Positions 19,080-28,393 of a stretch of DNA of 64,000 nucleotides are shown in pieces (the stretch's first letter is position 1; each line of letters starts with the position of its first letter). The translations under genes were made by a program, and so were the position numbers. The DNA is from an uncultured delta proteobacterium. Its GTDB lineage: Bacteria; Myxococcota_A; Polyangia; Polyangiales; Polyangiaceae. The stretch is taken from the NCBI GenBank assembly GCA_963806225.1, contig CAWDXG010000004.1, positions 4,736,001-4,800,000 on the forward strand, given 5' to 3'. Below the pieces are notes generated by a model, which was not told where the DNA came from, did not search any database, and saw only the letters and a list, made by a program, of their open reading frames with translations.

Positions 19080-20649
19080 CGTGGCTGGCGCTGCTCGCGC
19101 TGACGCTGTTGGTGGGCTGCTCGGGTACCGGCACATCCGGTACGAGTAGCGTGAGCTCGGGAGGCGCCGGAGCAGGGGGCGTAGCGGGCTCGGCGGGGAC
19201 GGCCGGCAGTGGAGGGACAGTCGGTAGCGGTGGAAGGCGGCAGCGTGAACGGCTGGCAGCGGTGGAACGGCTGGCAGCGGTGGAACGGCCGGCAGCGGTG
19301 GAACGGCCGGCAGCGGTGGAGCAGGCGGCGCGGCCGTTTCGATGCTGCCGGCGCTCGATCCGTCCGACCCGCATCGGCTGTCGCGAGGCGGAAAGCCCTG
19401 GTACCCCGCCGGCTACTACCCCGGCGCAGCGATCAACATGACCGGGCCTGGCTACAAGGGCGATTACCTGGCGTACATGACGGACTTCATCAACAAGGCG
19501 GCGAGCTTCAAGATCAACTACTTCAGGATCTGGCTCAACTGGGGCGCGCTGCCGAGCGCCGGTGGGACGTGGGACAAGTACGTTCTGCCTCCCTACCAGC
19601 GCACGGGCCCCGGCCAGGCGAGCGATGGCAAGCCGAAGCTCGATGTCAGCCAGTTCAACCCGCAATACTTCTCGCTGCTTCAGAAGGTCGTGGACCTGGC
19701 CAGCTCGAAAGGCATGGTCGTGCAGGCGATGCTGCTCGACTGTTGGCACGTGGGCTACGGGTTGAACTACGGCTTTCACGATCTCGACTACTTTGCTGCG
19801 CAGAACAACGTCAACGGCGTGGACTGGAGCACCGAATCGGAATGGCTGGACCCGAACGGGGCCGTGTTCAGCTACAACGAGAAGTTCGTCCAGAAGGTTG
19901 TCGCTACGATCGGCGATAGGGACAACGTGGTCTTCGAGACCTGCAACGAGAAGAAGCAGGGAGATCATTCGACGCTGGCCGCCACTGCCGCCGACGCTTT
20001 CCACCTCGCGGTCGCCAAGGCGATTCACGCCGAGGAAAAGCAGTTGGGCCTGGAACGCCATCTGGTGATGCCCGTCGACCTGCCCGAGCACCGCACGGTT
20101 GCTGGCCACAGGACGCCCACGAACGGAGCGTCGAACCAGGAATCGATTCCCACCATGCGGAGCCGGCTGACAGGTACCCAGCTCGCGTGGGGCGCGCCGC
20201 TTATCAGCGACAACGACTGCTGTGCCGGCGAGCCGGACGCCGCGTTCATCCGCAAGAAGACCTGGGCTGCCCTCACCGCCGGCGCGCACGTCGACGTGTT
20301 CAACAACGAGCTCTACCAGGCGAGCGTGCTGGGAGATGCGAACACTGCCAACGGGATGAAGTGGGTGGGGCTGTCGCGCACGTTCATCGAGAGCCAGAAC
20401 GTCGACCTGCGCGGCACCAAGCCCATGGACTCGATAGCGACCAACGGCGCGTGGGTGCTGGCCAAGCCGGGCAACGAGTACATCGTGTATCTCCAGAGCG
20501 GGGGGAGCACGACGCTTTCAGGGCTGCCAACATCACGGACCGCAAGCTGGTTCAATCCGAAAAACGGCGGTACCTCGAACGCGGGCAACGGCCCGACCTT
20601 CACGGCTCCCTCGAACGCGGACTGGGTGCTCTACGTGACCTCGCCGTGA
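19076..20649 (+). CDS. Lipoprotein with glycoside-hydrolase-like TIM barrel and C-terminal collagen-binding-like domain; frameshifted near 19235-19250
   Basis: MTWLALLALTLLVGC lipobox in one frame; catalytic region (NYFRIW, VFETCNE, WFNPKNG) in ORF 19342-20649; the break lies in a damaged copy of an 18-bp GGCAGCGGTGGAACGGC(T/C) repeat. Confidence 0.7.
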
Positions 20650-20772
20650 TCCGACGCCGGGCCTCCGACGCCGGAGAGGCCGAGGCGGACAGGGACGCTC
20701 TGCTCGCGCGTGAGCGCGAGACCCCCGCGCGTGTTTCCAGGAGGCCGGCGAATGCGACGGCGCATTGGCGGG

Positions 20773-21963
20773 CTACGGCTGCTGCATGATCTCGCGACCG
20801 AAGTCCTGCGCCGCGGCTAGCGCATTGTGCGCGCGGCAGCGCAGGCGCAGGTTCTCGGCAGTGGCGGGGCCGCCGCGGGCGAACGGCACTTCGTGGTGGA
20901 GCTCGAGCAGCGCCGTTTCGCGGCAACGCTGTCCGCGCGCATCGACGTAGCTGCAGCGCGCGCCATCGCGCTCGCGGACAGCGCGGCGGACGGAGGCGGG
21001 GATGGCGTCACGCTGGCGCGGAGCGGTGCGCGTGTTCGGCGACGCAGCGACGCGCTGGCGCGGGTGCTCCGCGGCGCGTTGTGAACCGCGCTGTCGCGGG
21101 TTGTCCGCCGCGGCGTACTTCTTCTTCTCGAGCTTCTTGACCAGCTCGCGCAGGGCGCGCAGGTGCACTTCCTCGATGGAGCGGTCGAGTCGGGCGTGGG
21201 AGAGCAGATCGCGGGCTCGTTCGAGCAGGTCGACGTATTCCTGCGTGGCGGTGAACTGGACTCTGAAGCGCTGGGGCCGCGCTGGCGCGGGGCGCGCCGC
21301 GGTCCAGTCGCTTTCCGCACGGGCGCCGTCTTGCGCGCCTGCGCCGTCCTCGGTCGCGTCAGCCTCTTCCGCGCCGCCACCATCTTCACTGCTCCAATCC
21401 GCTGGCCGCTCGCCATGCGGCAGCTCGCGCACGGGATTGAACGACGCGACGAACTCGCTCCATGTGGGATTGCGCGGCAAGGTGAGCTCGGGGCCGAGCG
21501 GCTCGACGCGCGCGGGCACATCCGGCAGGGGATCGAGCTCGCGCATGAGCTTCTGTAGCTCGCGCTTGGCGCGATGCTTCGCGCAGGCGAGCACGTCGGC
21601 GAGGTTCTCGTCGGTGAGATGCGCGCCGAGCAGGAGTAGGCCGGTCAGGTGCAGCTCGCCCCGGGCCACCGCGTCGTAGAGCGCGGGGAACTTCCGGCAC
21701 AGGCGCGCGGCCTTGGCGCAGCGGAAGGCTGCGTCTTCCGACAGGCGCAGCTCGTAGATGCAGTAGGTGTACGGGCTCGAGCAGGCGCGGGTGCGGTGGA
21801 TGCCTCGCGCTTCGACCTCGGCCAGATGCGCGAGCAGCGCCGCCAGCGTGTGGTTCGCCGTCGCGGCGAGGCGGCGCGTGCCGGCGAGCAGCGCGTCGTC
21901 GGGCAGCTCCTCGAGATTGTAGTGATCAGTTGGGAGACTCGTAATGAGCGCGTTCATGCCCAT
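20773..21963 (-). CDS. HNH endonuclease of the myxobacterial multicopy DUF222-like type (possible selfish element)
   Basis: N-term LLAHLAEVEARGIH...CSS.Y.YC..ELRLSEDAA; C-term RRAVRERDGARC...RC...LELHHEVPFARGG...NLRLRCRAHN. Confidence 0.85.
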   Translation of the reverse strand: MGMNALITSLPTDHYNLEELPDDALLAGTRRLAATANHTLAALLAHLAEVEARGIHRTRACSSPYTYCIYELRLSEDAAFRCAKAARLCRKFPALYDAVARGELHLTGLLLLGAHLTDENLADVLACAKHRAKRELQKLMRELDPLPDVPARVEPLGPELTLPRNPTWSEFVASFNPVRELPHGERPADWSSEDGGGAEEADATEDGAGAQDGARAESDWTAARPAPARPQRFRVQFTATQEYVDLLERARDLLSHARLDRSIEEVHLRALRELVKKLEKKKYAAADNPRQRGSQRAAEHPRQRVAASPNTRTAPRQRDAIPASVRRAVRERDGARCSYVDARGQRCRETALLELHHEVPFARGGPATAENLRLRCRAHNALAAAQDFGREIMQQP

Positions 21964-22280
21964 TACGCTACCCCCCGTCCTTGACGGCTCGCAGGGGCGC
22001 CGTGGGCGCGCTTTCGCGCCGCGAATCGCATAAGGTCACCTGGCGGCGCCGAAAAGCCGGCAGCGAGCGGCCTCGTCGCCAAAATCCAGTCTTGTGTCGC
22101 GAGTAGCGGAATCGAGAATCGATGTCTCCAGAAACGTGTCAAGCGCAAATTGAACGCGCTGCCGCGTTTCGAGCGCCACCTCGCGCGTTCCGAGCCATGT
22201 CGTCGCCCGCTCGCCCCGCGCCGGCGCGGCTTCCTCGAAGCCCATCATCGAAGCTCCCCTTGGCCCGTACCAGTTGGAAT

Positions 22281-22712
22281 TCAGCCAGTGCCGGCGTCCA
22301 TCGCACCACCGGTGCCGCCCAGGCCGCCGCTGCCAGCTGTACCACCCTGCCGCCCATGCCGGCGCTGCCGCCAGTGCCGCTGCTGCCAACGCCACTGTCC
22401 GGGCAAAAGGGGACGTCATTGGTCGTTGGCAGACACGGTAGCCGGGGGGGCTACATACTCGCAGAAGGGATCGAAGCCATTGTCGAAGCAGTCGGAATCG
22501 TTCGCGCAGAAGTCGGTGGCCGTCTGGCACGCGAAGCCGATCTCACCACCGCCGGCGCACGTGCTGTAGCTGATGCAGTGGTATCCGCTCCCGCAATCGG
22601 AGTCGGTACGGCAGCTGGCTTGCACGCACTGCCCGATCGGATCGCCGCAATAGCAGAGTTGCCCCACGCCGCAGTCGGCATCGGTGCGGCAACCCGTCGC
22701 GCATTGCCCCAC
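22281..22712 (-). pseudogene. 3' remnant of a Cys-rich repeat protein gene, multiply frameshifted
   Basis: GCRTDADC / SCRTDSDC / FCANDSDC repeats, then a Gly/Ser tail ending MDAGTG* across frames; no start or signal peptide. Confidence 0.6.
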
Positions 22713-22745
22713 ATCACTCTCGCGGCCTCGTCTGGACAGTCTGCG
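22702..22745 (+). repeat. 44-bp direct repeat, copy 1
   Basis: CATTGCCCCACATCACTCTCGCGGCCTCGTCTGGACAGTCTGCG; 42/44 identical to 23487-23530. Confidence 0.9.
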
Positions 22746-22803
22746 GGTCGCGGGCGGGGGCCTCGATCGGTTTCTGGGGCGGGATCGGAACCGATCTGGA
22801 ACA

Positions 22804-23400
22804 ATGGTCGCACAAGCGTCGATGCTGGACCCTCGACAACCGCCTACCCGCGCAGCGAATGTGCCTCCAGGGCTTTCCGATCCGCCTCGGCCGCGGGCCA
22901 CCGTCAAAAAGCTCCTGGCCAAGACCACGCGTCGCCGGAGGCTGACCCTCAAGCTGCTGGCGGCCGTGATTCTCGTGATCATGGGCATCATGGTGTTCGC
23001 TGGTGGTGTTTCTCCGCAGGGGCTCGTCGGAGCCACGGAGGGCGCGCTCATCGCGGGCGCGCTGATGGCCTTGTGGCTGCTGTTTCCGACCTGGCTCTGG
23101 GTGCGGTCCGGCTCGCGCGATGCGCGCCGCCTCCTGCGGGACGGCTCGTTGGGTTTCGCTCGCGTCAGCGAGATTCGAACCGTCTCTGTCGCCGGCAACC
23201 CGCTCATGCTCACCACCTTCTGCTTCGCGCACGGGGGGACGCAGCACAGCGTTCACGTCCAGGTCCCCGGGCAGCTCCCGGGCTTCGACGTAGGTACCGA
23301 GTGCTGCCTGGTGTTGGATTCCGCCCACCCCGAGCGCGCGGCGGTGCACCTGCCCGACGAGACATGGGTGGTGGGAGACATCCGGAACAATCCGGCCTAG
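22804..23400 (+). CDS. Membrane protein (2 TM + small beta domain, DUF3592-like)
   Basis: Two hydrophobic helices, then RRLLRDGSLGFARVSEI...LVLDSAHPERA. Confidence 0.65.
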   Translation: MVAQASMLDPRQPPTRAANVPPGLSDPPRPRATVKKLLAKTTRRRRLTLKLLAAVILVIMGIMVFAGGVSPQGLVGATEGALIAGALMALWLLFPTWLWVRSGSRDARRLLRDGSLGFARVSEIRTVSVAGNPLMLTTFCFAHGGTQHSVHVQVPGQLPGFDVGTECCLVLDSAHPERAAVHLPDETWVVGDIRNNPA

Positions 23401-23486
23401 CCGCGTGCGGAGGCGAAGCTATCGCAGCAGATGCTTGGCGATGCGAGGCGCGTAGGCAACCTGAACGCCCTCTGCTCGTTGGCCCT

Positions 23487-23530
23487 CATTGCCCCGCATC
23501 ACTCTCGCGGCCTCGTCTGGACAGTCCGCG
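23487..23530 (+). repeat. 44-bp direct repeat, copy 2
   Basis: CATTGCCCCGCATCACTCTCGCGGCCTCGTCTGGACAGTCCGCG. Confidence 0.9.
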
Positions 23531-23645
23531 CATCGATCGAGCTCTGCGCGAGGCGCATTGGCGTGGCATTCGGCCCTGCGCGCATGACGGGCTGGCGCGC
23601 GCGGTTCCGGAGGCGCCCGGGCGCTTCCTGCGGTAGCGTCCGGAA

Positions 23646-24440
23646 ATGTTCGATCAACTGAAAGGCAGGCGCGCGCTCGTCACCGGAGGGTCGCGCGGTC
23701 TCGGGGTCTACATTGCGCGCAGCCTCGCGAGGGAGGGCGTCGATCTCGTCCTGGTCGCTCGCGATAGCGCCAAGCTCGACGCGGTCGCCAAGGAGTGCAG
23801 GGCTCTCGGCGCGGACGTCCAGCTGATCGGCGCCGACGTGTGCCGGGCGGAGGATCGCCGGCGCATCCTGGACGAGGCCGGCGATCTGGACATTCTGGTC
23901 AACAACGCCGGCGTCGAAACCACCCAGCGACTCGTCGACCAGTCCGAGGACGCGGTACGCTCGCAGATCGAGACCAATCTGGTGGCGCCCATCGAGCTCA
24001 CACGTCAGGTGCTTCCGCGGATGCTCGAGCGGGGCCGAGGCGTCGTCGTGAACGTCTCGTCGATGTCGGGCAAGGGCGCCACGCCGTACAACAGTGTCTA
24101 CGCCGCCACCAAGCACGGCCTCGTCGGTCTCAGCTCGTCGCTCGACATGGAGCTTCACGGAACCGGCGTGCACGTCGGCGTCGTGTGCCCGGGTTTCGTC
24201 GCCGACGCCGGCATGTGGGCCGACACCGGGCAGACCGCGCCCGCGGCCATGCGCGAGGTCAGACCCGAGCGGGTTGCCGACGCTGTGCTCGCGGTGATCC
24301 GTGGTCGGGTCGAGGTACTGGTGACACCGTCGCCGATGCGACCGCTGCTGGCGCTGCGCGCGCTCGCCCCCTCGATCGAGGGTCCAATGCTGCGCGCCCT
24401 GGGCATCGCAAAGGTGCTCGCCCGTCGCGCGTCGCACTAG
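23646..24440 (+). CDS. SDR-family NAD(P)-dependent oxidoreductase
   Basis: TGGSRGLG, LVNNAG, NVSS, YAATK motifs. Confidence 0.93.
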   Translation: MFDQLKGRRALVTGGSRGLGVYIARSLAREGVDLVLVARDSAKLDAVAKECRALGADVQLIGADVCRAEDRRRILDEAGDLDILVNNAGVETTQRLVDQSEDAVRSQIETNLVAPIELTRQVLPRMLERGRGVVVNVSSMSGKGATPYNSVYAATKHGLVGLSSSLDMELHGTGVHVGVVCPGFVADAGMWADTGQTAPAAMREVRPERVADAVLAVIRGRVEVLVTPSPMRPLLALRALAPSIEGPMLRALGIAKVLARRASH

Positions 24441-24504
24441 GTGACGCCTCCATGGGTGCGGGCCGCCGAAGTGGACATCTTCTCCGTCGCGCGTCGCCCC
24501 AGGC

Positions 24505-24740
24505 GCCGGCGCTGGCCGGCACGACCCGCGACCGGTCTCACTTCGAGCGATGTTCGCGGTCACGTCCGCCAGGTCCTGCGCCCTCGCGGCGGCGCGCTTG
24601 TATCTCGGCAGGGCGTCGAGGCCGATTATCTAGCGCGCCGGAGCGTTCATGCCCAGCTCGCGCAACCTCGGCTCGCAGCTCTGCGTTCGACGCCGGAGCG
24701 AAACCGATGCCGGCGCTGGCCAACACGACCCGCGACCGGT
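24505..24740 (+). repeat. Pair of 32-bp intergenic direct repeats (24505-24536, 24709-24740)
   Basis: GCCGGCGCTGGCC(GG/AA)CACGACCCGCGACCGGT, 30/32 identical. Confidence 0.85.
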
Positions 24741-24780
24741 ACCTTCGCGGCAGGTGGGCAGCACACCGACAACCGCTGAC

Positions 24781-25278
24781 TTGACCACGCAGTTCGACAT
24801 CGAGCCCCGCGATCTCCCGCCGGCGCCGGACGTGCTGTCGTCGGGGGACATCACGCTGCGCTTCGTACGCGTCGTGCCCGGGGATCCGACATGCGGCTTC
24901 GTCCCCTTCTACCATTTCCGCATCGTCACGCGCGACGGCTCGGACGCGGGGCACATCAACTTCCGCGTGGGAGACAGCGAGCACGTGCGACACGCTGCCG
25001 GTCACGTCGGCTTCGAGGTGCAAGAGCTGTTCCGCGGCCACGGCTACGCGCTCGAAGCGTGTCGCGCACTCGCCCCTTTCGTGGGCGCTGTCTCGGGCAG
25101 CGTCACCCTCACCTGCGACCCGGGCAACGCCCCCTCCCGGCGCACCATCGAGCGCCTCGGCGCCACCTTCGTCGACGAGGTCGCCGTTCCCCCCGGAGAT
25201 CCACACTACGCCCGCGGCTCGCGGACCAAGCTCCGCTACACCTGGACATTCCGCGTAACCGCACCCGCCCGCCCGTAG
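24781..25278 (+). CDS. GNAT-family N-acetyltransferase
   Basis: GHINFR, GHVGFEV..LFRGHGYA, TCDPGNAPSRRTIERLG; TTG start inferred. Confidence 0.85.
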   Translation: MTTQFDIEPRDLPPAPDVLSSGDITLRFVRVVPGDPTCGFVPFYHFRIVTRDGSDAGHINFRVGDSEHVRHAAGHVGFEVQELFRGHGYALEACRALAPFVGAVSGSVTLTCDPGNAPSRRTIERLGATFVDEVAVPPGDPHYARGSRTKLRYTWTFRVTAPARP

Positions 25279-25336
25279 TCGATGCCCTCCATTCGCAACC
25301 CCCGTCTCCGCCTGAGCGTCGAATCCGGCGTCCGTC

Positions 25337-25638
25337 ATGAAGCTCTCGCTCTCCGGGGGAACGCCCATCGTGCTCGCCTCCGGACAGGCCTACCCCTGCG
25401 ACATTGCCGTCGACGCCGCCAACGTCTACTGGACCAACGGGGGGAGCGGCGCGTCGGACTCCGTGATCGGAACCGTGATGAAAGCGCCGCTTGGCGGCTT
25501 CCCGACAGCACGCCAGCGACGCTGGCATCCGGGGTGTGGGGCGCAGGAGACATCGTCGTCGATTCCGCCAGCGTCTACTGGGTGAGATATGACGATGAAC
25601 TGAAGACCGGCGCCACCATGAAGCTCACGCCGAAATAG
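25337..25638 (+). pseudogene. Truncated, frameshifted remnant of a myxobacterial beta-propeller repeat protein
   Basis: Two blades: LASGQAYPCDIAVDAANVYW and LASGVWGAGDIVVDSASVYW in different frames; 5' end absent. Confidence 0.65.
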
Positions 25639-25768
25639 CGCGGGCGGGCCCCGCCCAGGCTCCCACCCGCACGCCGCAACGCCTCGCAGGGGCGCTTGTC
25701 CTGGCTGCGCGCCGGCGCACTCATCCGGGGCCTGCGCTCGAGCGTGCGAACGCCACTCGGACTGGCGA

Positions 25769-26944
25769 TCAAACGAAGGTGCGGAGCAGCTCGCGCGCGA
25801 CGACGATGCGCTGCACCTCGCTCGTGCCCTCGTAGATGCGCGTGACGCGGGCGTCGCGGTAGAGGCGCTCGATCTCGTAGTCGCGGCTGTAGCCATAGCC
25901 GCCGTGCAGCTGCAGCATGCGGTCGACGACGCGGCCCGCCGTCTCGGTCGCGAACAGCTTTGCCATGCTGGTCTCGGCGACGGCGCGGTCGCCGCCGTCG
26001 AGCAGGCGCGCGGCGCGCAGCGTGAGCAGCCACGAGGCGTCGAGCTCCATGCGGGAGTCGGTGAGCACGAACTGGGTGTTCTGGAACTCCGTCAGCGCCT
26101 TGCCGAAGGCGCGCCGCTCGCCCGCGTAGCCCGCACCGGCGGCGAACGCGGCTTCGGCGAGGCCGAGCGAGAGCCCCGCAATCCCCACGCGGCCCGCGCC
26201 GAGCGCGGATAGCGCCACCGCGTAGCCGCCACCGCGACGACCGATCAGGTTTTCGGCAGGCACGCGGCAGCCTTCGAGGTGGAGCGCCGCGGTGCCGCTC
26301 GCGCGCTGGCCCATCTTGTCCTCTTCCTTTCCGATCGAAAGACCGGGCGTGCCCTTCTCTATGACGAACGCGCTGATGCCTTCGGGGCCCGGACCATCGC
26401 TGCGGGCGAACACCAGATGGAACGCGGCGTGCGTCGCACTGGTCGTCCACATCTTGGTGCCGTCGAGCACGAACGCGTCGCCATCGGGGCGCGCCGTCGT
26501 GGTCAGCGCGGCGGCGTCGGAGCCGCAGCCCGGCTCGCTGAGCGCGAAGCTCACCGGCACCGTCTCGCCTTCGAGGTACGGCCCGAGCACGCGCGCTTTC
26601 TGTTCGTCGTTCCCGTGCTCGGCCAGGATCTTCGCCACCAGGTTGCTGGACGCGAGGATCGTCGCCGTCGACGCGCAGGCCGAGCCGATCGCCGCCATCG
26701 CCAGCGCGTAGCCCACGTGGTCGATGCCCGCGCCGCCTTCTTCCGCCGGCACCCACATCGCGTGCATTCCGAGCCCGGCGAGCTCCTGCACTTCCTCGAC
26801 CGGGAAGTGGCCGCTCCTATCGCGCTCGGCGGCCCGGGGCACAAGTCGCCGCTCGGCGAAGTCGCGGGCGGTGGAGAAGGCGAGCTGCTGCTCCTCCGTC
26901 AACTCTATCGACAATCGGGAAATGACGCGGTTCAGGTCGAGCAT
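25769..26944 (-). CDS. Acyl-CoA dehydrogenase
   Basis: FALSEPGCGSDA, GTKMWTT, KMGQRAS, RRAFGK, QLHGGYGY, IYEGTSEVQR. Confidence 0.95.
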   Translation of the reverse strand: MLDLNRVISRLSIELTEEQQLAFSTARDFAERRLVPRAAERDRSGHFPVEEVQELAGLGMHAMWVPAEEGGAGIDHVGYALAMAAIGSACASTATILASSNLVAKILAEHGNDEQKARVLGPYLEGETVPVSFALSEPGCGSDAAALTTTARPDGDAFVLDGTKMWTTSATHAAFHLVFARSDGPGPEGISAFVIEKGTPGLSIGKEEDKMGQRASGTAALHLEGCRVPAENLIGRRGGGYAVALSALGAGRVGIAGLSLGLAEAAFAAGAGYAGERRAFGKALTEFQNTQFVLTDSRMELDASWLLTLRAARLLDGGDRAVAETSMAKLFATETAGRVVDRMLQLHGGYGYSRDYEIERLYRDARVTRIYEGTSEVQRIVVARELLRTFV

Positions 26945-26999
26945 GATCGGAATAATTGTCTTGTCGGTGCGGCGCGGAAAGGCCGCGGAGCGGAAATAC

Positions 27000-27014
27000 G
27001 ACAAGGTACTTGTC
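27000..27014. promoter_or_regulatory. Palindromic operator, probably for the adjacent MarR regulator
   Basis: GACAAG-GTA-CTTGTC in the divergent intergenic region. Confidence 0.6.
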
Positions 27015-27045
27015 AAGTTGCCGGGCGGCGACCACGCTTGAACGC

Positions 27046-27543
27046 ATGGCACGCAAGGCGCCGCGGCGATCGCGCAAGCCGCACGGACCGGACGCGCTGG
27101 CCGCACTCGTCGACGAGACGGTTCTGCTCGACCAGCGCATGCAGTGGGTGGCGGAGCGCATCTACGGCGAGGACGGCAAGCGCGGCACGCGCCGTGGCCT
27201 GCTCCGCGGGCTCGTGCGCTACGGGGCGCAGACCGTGCCCGCGCTGGCGCGTGCCCGCTCCGTCACGCGCCAGAACGTGCAGCCCGTGATCGACGCGCTG
27301 GTCGCCGACGGCCTGGCAGAGCTTTCGCCGAACCCGCGCCACGCGCGCTCGCCGCTGGTGGTCGCGACGCCGCGCGGCGCGGAGCTGGTCGCCGAGTGGG
27401 ATCGCACGACGGCACGCGTGCTCGCCGCCGTGGGCCGCGGACTCTCACCGCGCGACATCGCAATCGCCGCGCGCACGCTCTGCACCGTGCGTGAGCGCTT
27501 CGAGACGCGCCTGCGCTGGCAAGCGGCGCTCGACGAGGGCTGA
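27046..27543 (+). CDS. MarR-family transcriptional regulator
   Basis: TVPALARARSVTRQNVQPVIDALVADGL...NPRHARSPLV..TPRG winged helix. Confidence 0.88.
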   Translation: MARKAPRRSRKPHGPDALAALVDETVLLDQRMQWVAERIYGEDGKRGTRRGLLRGLVRYGAQTVPALARARSVTRQNVQPVIDALVADGLAELSPNPRHARSPLVVATPRGAELVAEWDRTTARVLAAVGRGLSPRDIAIAARTLCTVRERFETRLRWQAALDEG

Positions 27544-27600
27544 GCCCGAACGTCCATAGCGCTCCTCGTTGCACCCGGTCTCGTGCCACACCCGGCGCCG

Positions 27601-28143
27601 TCACGGTGCAGCGCGTACGCACTTGCCGCTTTTGTATTTGCAGTAGCCGTATCGAGTGCAGCGCCACGATCCGGCACAATCCGCGTCGGAAGCGATGACG
27701 CACGTGCCGTCGCGGAACGAGCATTGGCCGCCGCGACGGCAGATCCCGGATTGCCTGCAGTCCGCGGCGGATCCGACGACGCATGCGCTCCCGCGCTTCG
27801 TGCATTCGGCATATTCGCGGCAGCGAGCGCTATTGCAGGAGCTGCCCGCCGGCACCACGCATCGACCGTCCTTGGCCACGCACCAACCCGACTGCGCGCA
27901 GACCGACGCCTTCTTGCAGTCCTCGTCGGAGGTGGCCGTGCAGTTGCCAAGCGTGCCGGTACAGCGCCCGAACGCCTTGCACTCCGCTTCGCTAGCTCGA
28001 CACATCTGCTTGCCCGCCGTCGAGGATGCGCTCGCGGCCGCACCGCTGCCCGCGTGGGGCGGCTTGTTGCAGCCGAGCGAGGCCGCGATGGCAAGCGCGA
28101 GTACGGCTCGGTACCCGACTACCCCGTCGGTACCACGCGGCAT
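27601..28143 (-). CDS. Cys-rich repeat lipoprotein
   Basis: SLGC lipobox; five C-x5/6-C-x5-C-x6-C type repeats. Confidence 0.75.
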   Translation of the reverse strand: MPRGTDGVVGYRAVLALAIAASLGCNKPPHAGSGAAASASSTAGKQMCRASEAECKAFGRCTGTLGNCTATSDEDCKKASVCAQSGWCVAKDGRCVVPAGSSCNSARCREYAECTKRGSACVVGSAADCRQSGICRRGGQCSFRDGTCVIASDADCAGSWRCTRYGYCKYKSGKCVRAAP

Positions 28144-28393
28144 CTGCTGATGAAGCCGCTCGCTCCCTGAAGCGGCGGGCGGCGCGGAGGGGTGATGGGA
28201 TGCCCCTCGTTCTGCGCGGCGCCGTGCCGTTGCGGCGGCTCGCAACGCTCGCGCGCCGCGGGCCCGCCAAGGCCGGGCTCCGCCCGGCCGGGGGCCCCAC
28301 GGAGTGGTGCATCGTGCTGGCGCCCGCCGCCGGCCCGTCGATGCAGCGCCTGTCGCCTTCAAGTGCGGGCGCGAGTCCGCTAGCGTGGCCGGC

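Noticed and set aside
22702..24740. Direct repeats as integron attC sites
   Set aside because: No RYYYAAC...GTTRRRY ends or internal dyad symmetry; no integrase
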